From Phoronis australis (Eukaryota; Animalia; Phoronida), in assembly GCA_002633005.1 (NCBI GenBank), contig NMRA01000042.1, positions 828,388 to 892,387 on the forward strand: DNA of 64,000 nucleotides, given 5' to 3'. Position numbers and translations under genes: made by a program. Numbering within the stretch: position 1 is the stretch's first letter; the number at the start of each line of letters is the position of its first letter. Positions 12,721 to 23,200 of the stretch are shown here, in pieces. The notes beneath the pieces are model-generated. The model did no database searches, was not told the DNA's origin, and saw only the letters and a program-made list of their open reading frames with translations.

Positions 12721-13049
12721 TAAAAATTAAAACCGAGACCAGCAAGAGATCTTTTATCTAATGCAGCTGCTACAATATGGAATTCTCTTAACCCAGAAAT
12801 TAAACGTTCCAATGGGGCTATTCGGAAAATCTACAATAACTAGAGGGCGCATGAGGAACCCTTTCCAGCTGAAAATTGACCGTCGGACGGCCTTCGTCCG
12901 ACGGTTGGAGTTTGCTAATGCGAACACAATAGCCCATTGAATTCAGTCCAGCTGCCTGGGCTGCTTGGTCAGGTACGTAATCCTTTAATGACACCTCATT
13001 ATGCCATAAAACTACGTGCCTGTCGACTATTGGCAAAAAAAATAAAGTA

Positions 13050-16000
13050 GCCTAAGAGCTACGTCGGAGCCTGCCTGCGCCGCCTCCGGCAGCTTGGCTG
13101 AGGCCCGCCTAAGTGCTACGTCGGACCCTGCCTGCGCCGCCTCCGGCGGCTTGGCTGACGCCCACCTAAGTGCTACGTCGGAGCCTGCCTGCGCCGCCTC
13201 CGGCGGCTTGACTGAGGCCCGCCTAAGTGCTACGTCGGAGCCTGCCTGCACGGCCTCCGGCGGCTTGACTGAGGCCCGCCTAAGTGCTACGTCGGAGCCT
13301 GCCTGCGCCGCATCCGGCAGCTTGGCTGAGGCCCGCCTAAGTGCTACGTCTTAGCCTGCCTGCGCCGCCTCCGGCCGCTTGGCTGAGGCCGCCTAAGTGC
13401 TACAACGGAGCCTGCCTGCGCTGCCTCCGGCTGCTTGGCTGAAGCCCGCCTAAGTGCTACGTCTGAGCCTGCCTGCGCTGCCTCCGGCTGCTTGGCTGAG
13501 GCCGGCCTAAGTGCTACGTCGGAGCCTTCCTGCGCTGCCTCGGGCTGCTTGGCTGAGGCCCGCCTAAGTGCTACGTCGGAGCCTGCCTGCGATGCCTCCG
13601 ACTGCTTGGCTGAGGCCCGCCTAAGTGCTACGTCGGAGCCTGCCTGCGCTGCATCCGGCTGCTTGGCTAAGGCCCGCCTAAGTGCTACGTTGGAGCCTGC
13701 CTGCGCTGCCTCCGGCTGCTTGGCTGAGGCCCGCCTATGCGCTACGTCGGAGCCTCCCTGCGCTGCCTCCGGCTGCTTGGCTGAGGCCCGCCTAAGTGCT
13801 ACGTCGGAGCCTGCCTGCGCTGCCTCCGGCTGCTTGGCTGAGGCCCGCCTAAGTGCTACGCCCGGGCCTGCCTGCGCTGCCTCCGGCAGCTTGGCTGAGG
13901 CCCGCCTAAGTGCTACGCCCGGGCCTGCCTGCGCTGCCTCCGGCAGCTTGGCTGAGGCCCGCCTAAGTGCTACGCCCGGGCCTGCCTGCGCTGCCTCCGG
14001 CAGCTTGGCTGAGGCCCGCCTAAGTGCTACGCCCGGGCCTGCCTGCGCTGCCTCCGGCAGCTTGGCTGAGGCCCGCCTAAGTGCTACGCCCGGGCCTGCC
14101 TGCGCTGCCTCCGGCAGCTTGGCTGAGGCCCGCCTAAGTGCTACGCCCGGGCCTGCCTGCGCTGCCTCCGGCAGCTTGGCTGAGGCCCGCCTAAGTGCTA
14201 CGCCCGGGCCTGCCTGCGCTGCCTCCGGCAGCTTGGCTGAGGCCCGCCTAAGTGCTACGCCCGGGCCTGCCTGCGCTGCCTCCGGCAGCTTGGCTGAGGC
14301 CCGCCTAAGTGCTACGCCCGGGCCTGCCTGCGCTGCCTCCGGCAGCTTGGCTGAGGCCCGCCTAAGTGCTACGCCCGGGCCTGCCTGCGCTGCCTCCGGC
14401 AGCTTGGCTGAGGCCCGCCTAAGTGCTACGCCCGGGCCTGCCTGCGCTGCCTCCGGCAGCTTGGCTGAGGCCCGCCTAAGTGCTACGCCCGGGCCTGCCT
14501 GCGCTGCCTCCGGCAGCTTGGCTGAGGCCCGCCTAAGTGCTACGCCCGGGCCTGCCTGCGCTGCCTCCGGCAGCTTGGCTGAGGCCCGCCTAAGTGCTAC
14601 GCCCGGGCCTGCCTGCGCTGCCTCCGGCAGCTTGGCTGAGGCCCGCCTAAGTGCTACGCCCGGGCCTGCCTGCGCTGCCTCCGGCAGCTTGGCTGAGGCC
14701 CGCCTAAGTGCTACGCCCGGGCCTGCCTGCGCTGCCTCCGGCAGCTTGGCTGAGGCCCGCCTAAGTGCTACGCCCGGGCCTGCCTGCGCTGCCTCCGGCA
14801 GCTTGGCTGAGGCCCGCCTAAGTGCTACGCCCGGGCCTGCCTGCGCTGCCTCCGGCAGCTTGGCTGAGGCCCGCCTAAGTGCTACGCCCGGGCCTGCCTG
14901 CGCTGCCTCCGGCAGCTTGGCTGAGGCCCGCCTAAGTGCTACGCCCGGGCCTGCCTGCGCTGCCTCCGGCAGCTTGGCTGAGGCCCGCCTAAGTGCTACG
15001 CCCGGGCCTGCCTGCGCTGCCTCCGGCAGCTTGGCTGAGGCCCGCCTAAGTGCTACGCCCGGGCCTGCCTGCGCTGCCTCCGGCAGCTTGGCTGAGGCCC
15101 GCCTAAGTGCTACGCCCGGGCCTGCCTGCGCTGCCTCCGGCAGCTTGGCTGAGGCCCGCCTAAGTGCTAGGTCGGAGCCTGCCTGCGCTGCCTCCGGCTG
15201 CTTGGCTGAGGCCTGCCTAAGTGCTACGTTGGAGCCTGCCTGCGCTGCCTCAGGCTGCTTGGCTGAGGCCCGCCTAAGTGCTACGTTGGAGCCTGCCTGC
15301 GCTGCCTCTGTCTGCTTGGCTGAGGCCCGCCTAAGTGCTACGTTGGAGCCTGCCTGCGCTGCCTCCGGCTGCTTGGCTGAGGAACGCCTAAGTGCTACGT
15401 GGGAGCCTGCCTGCGCTGCCTCCGGCTGCTTGGCTGAGACCCGCCTAAGTGCTACGTGGGAGCCTGCCTGCGCTGCCTCCGGNAAGTGCTACAACGGAGC
15501 CTGCCTGCGCTGCCTCCGGCTGCTTGGCTGAGGCCCGCCTAAGTGCTACGTCTGAGCCTGCCTGCGCTGCCTCCGGCTGCTTGGCTGAGGCCCGCCTAAG
15601 TGCTACGTCGGAGCCTTCCTGCGCTGCCTCAGGCTGCTTGACTGAGGCCCGCCTAAGTGCTACGTCGGAGCCTGCCTGCGAAGCCTCCGGCTGCTTGGCT
15701 GAGGCCCGCCTAAGTGCTACGTCGGAGCCTGCCTGCGCTGCCACCGGCTGCTTGGCTGAGGCCCGCCTATGCGCTACGTCGGAGCCTCCCTGCGCTGCCT
15801 CTGGCTGCTTGGCTGAGGCCCGCCTAAGTGCTACATCGGAGCCTGCCTGCGCAGCCTCCGGCTGCTTGGCTGAGGCCCGCCTAAGTGCTACGTTGGAGCC
15901 TGCCTGCGCTGCCTCCGGCTGCTTGGCTGAGGCCCGCCTAAGTGCTACGTTGGAGCCTGCCTGCGCTGCCTCCGGCTGCTTGGCTGAGGCCCGCCTAAGT

Positions 16001-16310
16001 GCTACGTGGGAGCCTGCCTGCGCTGCCTCCGGCTGCTTGGCTGAGGCCCGCCTAAGTGCTACGTGGGAGCCTGCCTGCGCTGCCTCCGGCTGCTTGGCTG
16101 AGGCCCGCCTAAGTGCTACGTGGGAGCCTGCCTGCGCTGCCTCCGGCTGCTTGGCTGAGGCCCGCCTAAGTGCTACGTCGGAGCTTGCCTGTGCTGCCTC
16201 CGGCTGCTTGGCTGAGGCCCGCCTAAGTGCTACGTCGGAGCCTGCCTGCGCTGCTTGGCTGAGGCCCGCCTATGTCCTACGTCAGAGCCTGCCTGCGCTG
16301 CCTCCGGCTA
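13050..16310. repeat. GC-rich 57-bp minisatellite, ~57 copies
   Basis: Unit approx. CCTAAGTGCTACGTCGGAGCCTGCCTGCGCTGCCTCCGGCTGCTTGGCTGAGGCCCG. A central block of 23 identical CCCGGG-variant units spans 13861-15120. Confidence 0.97.
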
Positions 16311-18389
16311 CTTGGTTGGGGCGTGGATTGCCTTGTAACAGGTTTTAGCGTAGTTCTCGTCTTTCCCGAATCCTAAAATCACAAAAACGTAGACTCGCAA
16401 AAACCGTGCAAATTCACAAAACTTTGATGGTTTTCTTTCTTTTAGTGACTTTATATATCAATCTGCCATTAATTGGGTCCCTTGACCATATTTTTAATAA
16501 GATTCGGGAAAAGGGAATACATTCATAACAAAACAGTGGAGTCGATAACATGACCAAATTTCTTTTTATATAAATATTCTTTAAGATGGAATCTGAAATA
16601 TGCCGATTCTGTTTTTAGTAAAACCTTTTCGTTTGAGCAATGTTTGTCAGTTTTTCATGAAATTACTGAAAGTCCCTGTTTTAACTAGCCCTCCCATGCC
16701 AAGGTAGATCAGTCAAAAGACAATCTCTAAAAGCCTGATGGGGAACAGTGCATAAAATACAAGATCTGAAAGTTTTTATTGAAATCCTATCAGCCCTTTG
16801 CAAGATATGTTTTCCGCCTTACCAAGTTTAAACATTTGTCTAGGATCTCCCATAACCTTTACCGGATGCTTGAACACTTTTCTTTTACCGCGCAGTGAAT
16901 GATGTCGTATAACTGTTGGTCTTCACATACGCCATATGTTGATCACATCAGGTGTTGACTAACGGGTAAGCAGAAAGTCCTGGGTTCAAACCTTGGTGGG
17001 GACAGAAAGCACTTTATGTGTAACTATGTAACACCTGACGCCAACAAATTGACAGACTTCAACAGAAGTCTCCAAGACTGCCAAATTTGGATAAACTTCT
17101 GGCCAGAGTAATTTGTTAGTTTACGTAGTCGAACTTTCGTCAGAGTTGAATGTCGTCATTGTGTCTAGTCCTTAATTTTTTGCGCAATAAATTGTTTTTG
17201 TTGAGATTAAGCTAGAATTGGATTGGATTCTATTGGAAAAGAAACAAATATTTTATTAGCCTTGTCAAATTACGACATTGTGTAGTTTAGTTTGAAAAAT
17301 ACTGTATGCCAGCCTTTGTGCCTTTACAGAGTATGTTTTATGTTGTATCATAATTTGGTGGTATGTTGGAAAAAATAAAAACTTAGACCTGTCCATGCAG
17401 ACATTGTTAAAGCAAAGACATATTCTTATTTTTAAATATCTTTAAAAACTATCCACCATTTTCGTCGTAACATACATCGTCTCCAGTGAGAGACTCCGGT
17501 CCACCTGCACTAACATGGAGAACATGTTATCCGTGACCCCCTGAGCTTTCCAAAAGGAATAGGCCCAACTCGAGGATTTCATTTTTGTCTATGAAAGTGT
17601 CTCATTAAAGGTATTAATTTTTTATAAAATCGAAAATTTGAAACCCTATACTGTTTTAAGTACTGGTTAAATTTGAAATTATGTAGAAGACGATTGCTAA
17701 TGCGTTAGAGTAGTATCAAGAACAGGAATTGAGTTTACAGTTTATTGTAATCTGCGAGAGAAAGCTTGCTTCACCACTTAGTTTTTTGTGAAATGAAAAG
17801 ACATTGATTCCAAGTTTTCTTATTAAAGGGAACAGTATTTTGTTCTGAATTAATTTAGCATACAGCTTTGTACCAAGACAAGGGCAACGGATGGTGTCCT
17901 ATGTCCGCCCTCTTGGACGACACCTTTTTCGCAGAGTTTGAACAACTAGGTGCCATACAAAAAGGCATGAAGAATTTTTTACTACACTGGCTAACAGTAA
18001 ATAATAAGAATCGGTGATACAATTATAAAACGCGATGTAAACTTTGTCCACCCAATGCCCCAATATGGAGCAGAAATATGTGATAAGCAGTCGATGCCCT
18101 GTCAACCACTGACATATCAGCCAATCAGAGAATGCTGTCAGCATTAGTGTTTTTACAATAAAATGTGAATCAGTTTTGTTTGGAGCGCAACTCGGGCAAA
18201 TGTGAGTTTTATGTGTTTGTTGGAACCGGTTTACTGCTGCATTATTTTTACTACAGTCATCTTTTAAACTTGGCATTGGGTAAAAATTAATCGCCGATAA
18301 TTTACAGGGATAGAAAAAATTGTTCATAATGTCTTGTAATCTTTCAGGGAATGCTTACTTCACAACATAGGGTTTGTAAAGCGAAAATA

Positions 18390-19570
18390 GAATGGCCTGT
18401 TTAAACGTGGAATTCGGAAGAATATAATTGTTAACGTGTTCAATAAAGTCTCAAGATAAGAAAAAAGTTCTGCTTACAACATATTTTAACCCGCCAGAAA
18501 ATGTTTGGTTCACCAAGTGACTTTGTAAAGCTAATAAACAATCATTCCAAATTTAAGCAAGGGTGTGGCTTGCTTAAACTTGGAATTGGGTAGAAAACAA
18601 TTGAGAATGCATTCAGAGGTGTTCCAAACGTAATAGAAAAAAATGCATTTATGACATACTGTAACCGGTCAGAGAATATTTGCTACACCACACGATTTTT
18701 TGTAAAAAAGAAATTGAATTATTCCAAGTTTAAGCCAGGGCGTGGCTTGCTTAAACTTGGAATTGGGTACAAAAAAACTACGAAATGCATTCAGGGGTAT
18801 TTCAAAAGTAGTAGAAAATGCATTTACAATGTATTGCTACCAGTGAAAGAATGTTTGCTTAACCACGTGATTTTTTGTAAGGCGGAAACTGAATTATTCC
18901 AAGTTTAAGCGAGCCACGCCCTTGCTTAAACTTGGAATAGGGTAGAAAAAACTGCGAATGCGCTCAGAAGTGTTCCAAAATTATTATAAAATGCATTTAA
19001 AATGTCTTGCAACCAGTTACCGAATGTTTGGTTCACTATGGGATTTTTTGTAAAGCAGAAAGTGAATTATTTCAAGTTAAAGCAAGGGCGTATCTTGCTT
19101 AAACGTTGAATTTACGGGGTTAAAAAACTGCGAATGCTCTCAGAAGTATTCTAAAGGTAATAGAAAAAAGCATTTAAAATGTATTGCAACCAGTCAGAGA
19201 ATGTTTGGTTCACCACGTGAGTTTTTGTGAAGCAGAAATTGAGTTATTCCAAGTTGAAGCGAGCCACGCCCTTGCTCAAACTTGGAATTGGGTAGAAAAC
19301 AAATGACTGCGAATGCATTCATGTTTCGAAAGTAATAGAAAGTGCATTTATATTGTATTGAAACCATTAAGAGAAGGTTTGGTTCATATCGCGAATTTTT
19401 TAGAGAAGAAATTTAATTATTCCAAGTTTAAGCAACCAGTGCGTGGCTTGCTTAAACTCGGAACTAGGCAGAAAGAACTGCAAATGCGCTCAGAAGTGCT
19501 CTAAAGGTAATAGAAAAAAAAAACATTTAAAATGTATAGCAGCCAGTTAGAGAATGTTTACTTCACCCCT
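18390..19570. repeat. ~176-bp tandem repeat, ~6.5 units, each with an 18-bp inverted-arm palindrome
   Basis: ATTCCAAGTTTAAGCAAG-N7-CTTGCTTAAACTTGGAAT (degenerate) starts at 18544, 18721, 18896, 19069, 19246 and 19419. Confidence 0.9.
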
Positions 19571-19758
19571 TGATCAAAGGTCAAACAGGCACTAATTTAT
19601 ATTGGAATAGGCAGCAACACAGAAATAATACGACTAAAATGACCACCGTAGCCATGGGGCTATGACCTTGAATGCCCGGTGCATTACTGATGGACACGTA
19701 ATCATAACTGATACATTCCTTAATTTTTTTATTCCAGTCCCTCGGTACTAACCAGTAT

Positions 19759-19872
19759 TCATGACCACAGGCGTCCTCAGCTTCTGATCGTTCCCAATAC
19801 ACAACATACAAGTGTAGTATTATATGTAGTGTATTGGGGACGATCAGAAGCTGAGGACACCTGTGTTCATGA
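19759..19872. repeat. Near-perfect hairpin: 50-bp arms, 14-nt loop (probable palindromic MITE)
   Basis: 19759-19808 matches the reverse complement of 19823-19872 with 4 mismatches. Confidence 0.85.
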
Positions 19873-19999
19873 CCAGGCCACGGAAGCTTTATCTCGATTT
19901 TTTAGAAATCTTTTCTCCCCGTAGCCTACCAGTACGTTCAGTAACGATTCAGCTGTAGCCAAGTTTACGTAAGGGGTTTGGCACTGAGTTCACGCAACA

Positions 20000-20115
20000 C
20001 TCACTTCCGGATTCCAAGTTGCAGTACAACATTAGCAAACACTCAAAGTCGTTGCAGACGATCGACCGGCGGTTGAATAAGCAAATCACTCAAATCGGAA
20101 ACCGGAAGTGTCTTG
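20000..20115 (+). promoter_or_regulatory. Probable core promoter of the FAM151B-like gene with ETS/GABP motifs
   Basis: CACTTCCGG (~20002) and ACCGGAAGTG (20101) lie in a CpG-containing patch 100-200 bp upstream of ATG 20215. Confidence 0.45.
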
Positions 20116-20214
20116 CACCGGTGTAACATACTACGGTGTAACACATCGATCCCGTCGATATGGTTCGATTCACATCTGTTGTTTTCACACATTCAGTGAG
20201 AAGATTAACTCGTT

Positions 20215-23200
20215 ATGTTTCGGAGGCATGTTTCTTTTAAGGTGCTCATCGGGATAGCAGTTGTTCTATGGCTCTACCAACTCTATAAGAAGCTCCAAAG
20301 CCTAACAGGTGACTATACTATTAATGTACAACGTACGTCATTAGATTAGTTAAGCGACCTAAATAAATGTCGGATGTTTATGCACATTTTACACTATATT
20401 TAGTTGTTAATACTACGGATTGTTGTAAATTCTTTACTGAAATAAAGACTTGCCTTTACAGAATTGTTCTATTGCTATATCTTGTCACCGAAAGCCACAT
20501 TTATGTTCTGGCTGATCTTAAAAAAACTGACAACTCGCAAACCCTCCGCGGAGAACCTAAACGTCGGTCATCATGTTACTGCATAGGCGGCATAGGCCAC
20601 ACCGCGGAAAACTGACTAACCAAGTGATGGCCGCGGGCACCTTGTCGCCAAATTGCAGCTCATGTGTTTTGATATATATTCTGCTAGAACACAGCTCTGT
20701 TCACAGCAAAATTATCCATAAAATGTAATCTGACAGTGGCGGATCTAGAATACCGTAAGGGGGGCCCCGACACTTTGTCTCGCGCAATCGCGTAAAGCAC
20801 CCAGCCTGAAATGAACAAGGGCTAATTGAGCCTCTGAGAATGTGAATCCCCTTGCTGTAATGCAACCGCACGACTAAAAAGAAAAAAAAAATTAAAAATG
20901 GGAGACGCTTCCTACACCTCGTTTTGGCCGCTTCTATCAGGGTTAAAATTTTAATAACATTAAAGGAGAATGCCACCCGATTTATTAAGTTTTTTTTTGC
21001 CGTCTTAATCGGTCTATATCCACATCGCCTCGTATACGGTCGACCTTACCTTGCCAAGAGGTATCGCGTTAACCTGTGAGAAACGTGAGAAACGACGCTA
21101 GCGACGTCAGTGGTTCATGTGCAGAGTGAATGCCGCTATGTTGCAGTGCATCGTTCCCGCTTGTCCGAACTAATTAAGCAACTACAAGGAAAGTGGGTAT
21201 ATTGTTTTTTTTTACTTCCTCGAGAGTCTGAAATGCTTAGGAAGTGGCTCATGGTAGTGAGCAAGTATGAGGCCGTGAAACATCTCCGTGTCTGTGGCCT
21301 GCAGACGTCGAAAGTGCCTGACAAATGCCGGCTTACCAAATAACTCCATACGTTCCATTGTCTGAGCTTGTTCACGGCGCCTGTCTAGTATTTCTTCATC
21401 ACTGTATTCCTGTTCGAATTGATAGCCTGTAAAACTTAACGAACCACCTGCGAAGTCGGGACTGATGAGCTCTAGCTCGTCCTAAGTCGGGCCTGTGAGT
21501 TGTCATGTTGGCGTTTATTATAACAGCTGAGTGAGCGTTCTGTTTCAAAATGAATTATTCTCACCCTATAAAACTGAAACAAAGTCTGCCTCATTAGATG
21601 TAATTTGTATTGCCTTTGGAGTTTTCGTGAGTGCAAATGATTTGAGAAGCCAGGAATGAATAAATCACTGCGTTACCGGCTTAAGGTGCAATAAAACTAA
21701 TTGACCAGACACCGAGGCCGTGTGAACTCATGCTAATTTAGTGTTTGCTGGCAGAAACTGTTGTGAAACAACTCGATTTCCATCCCACGGCCAGGTGTTA
21801 TGGGAATCTTTATTTACATTTACATTACTCAAATAATGATTGTCAATGTACAACTTCTGCCCTGACCGTGATGTGGCCAAAGCGGAACGTGAATTCGCGG
21901 CCCCGGACGATTAAGTAGATTTGCAGTTTCGTGGCTAATTCACCAACGTAATCACGTGCACATTACTTTGGCTCACAAGTATAGTATTTTCTTGACTGGA
22001 AGTTTAGTTTCCACTGAACTTTGGCTGGTTTATGTTCGTGATGTCTGATCAGTTTCCGAGCCACTGGCTGGGATAACGAGTCAATACGGCCTGCCGTGAC
22101 GAGCCTGATCAGGCTCTGAGCCACTGGCCAGGATAACGAGCGTTTTGTGTTTAGAACTCAAAAAATCACAAGTCAAACATTGAATGCATTACAATAGAAC
22201 AAACAACACAGATCTAGGTTCTCCTGTCTGTATCTCACGAAAAATTCTTCAAAATTATCTTCGAACAGACCTCAAACTCCTGCTACGGACATTGGCCTGC
22301 CGAACTTTGTAGGCTACGGTGTGTCCAAATACCAATAAATCCGTAAGAGCGAAATAAAACAACCCGTTTTTATAAGAACTCGGTGTATTTTTAAGGGTTT
22401 TACATCGAAGTTTGATGATTTATTGGTGTTAAACGATGACTTCAAGCGATAAGCTGGCACCAGTAACCCGTGTTGTGAACTCTGCTGAACAGCCTGCGTG
22501 TGAAACCGATGACGTCATTGGATAATTTCAACACCTCCGTCTGCCGTCAGGTGTCGGGTAACGCAACCGTATGTGTCGTTATGGAGTAGAACTACTCGAT
22601 CTAATCTAATACAAATTAGGTTGTTTTTTGGGTGGCATGCTCCTTTAATATTTCCTCACGCTCTTGCTGTCTTCCTGTTTTATTTTTTGGTGGCAGGCAA
22701 CCCGCCTAAATCCGCCTATGTCTGATGACACCACAAAGTTGTTTTGATGAATTAGTGCATTTAGAACGACTAAAGCATGTGCAATCTCATTGCAGTTTTT
22801 AGTACCTCTTTGCCTTCTTGATATGACACTTGCATATGAGCGGCTGGGGTTTGACCGGAGTTTAAAAACAAAGGAAAAAATGAAACAGCATGGGCGACCC
22901 ACTATAGTGGACTGGGGGGGGGGCTATTGCCCTCCATTTTTTCTGTGATGCGCTGCCCATGGTCTATGGGTGGGGCACCACAGTGGGCTGTGGGGTATAG
23001 CCCCTCCACTTTTTTCAGTGCTGTGCCGCCAATGAACAGTGGTGTATTGTCAGCTCATTGAGATGATTTCCTTGTGGAAAAAGATTTTGTTTTCAACTTT
23101 GATAACTGATTTAAGCGATCGTCCACTTTAGGCCAATATGGGGTCTAAATTGCACCCTTTCTCGGTGAAATCAAAATGAGGCAACGCTATAAAAAACAAG

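Noticed and set aside
13050-16310. CRISPR-like array
   Set aside because: The units are contiguous tandem repeats with no unique spacers, there are no cas genes, and the context is eukaryotic.
13094-16348. 698-aa, 299-aa and shorter ORFs with AEARLSATSEPACAASGCL repeats
   Set aside because: They are a by-product of a stop-free 57-bp (19-codon) unit. The starts are TTG, the array has frameshifts and a stop, and there are no splice signals or unique domains.
16942-17005. tRNA gene (GGTTCAAACC B-box-like)
   Set aside because: No complete cloverleaf or acceptor stem can be built. At most it is a decayed tRNA-derived SINE head.
17899-18327. 142-aa minus-strand ORF and the many other 60-110 aa ORFs in introns and repeats
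   Set aside because: No recognisable domains, no splice-consistent partners, and composition typical of AT-rich non-coding or repeat DNA.
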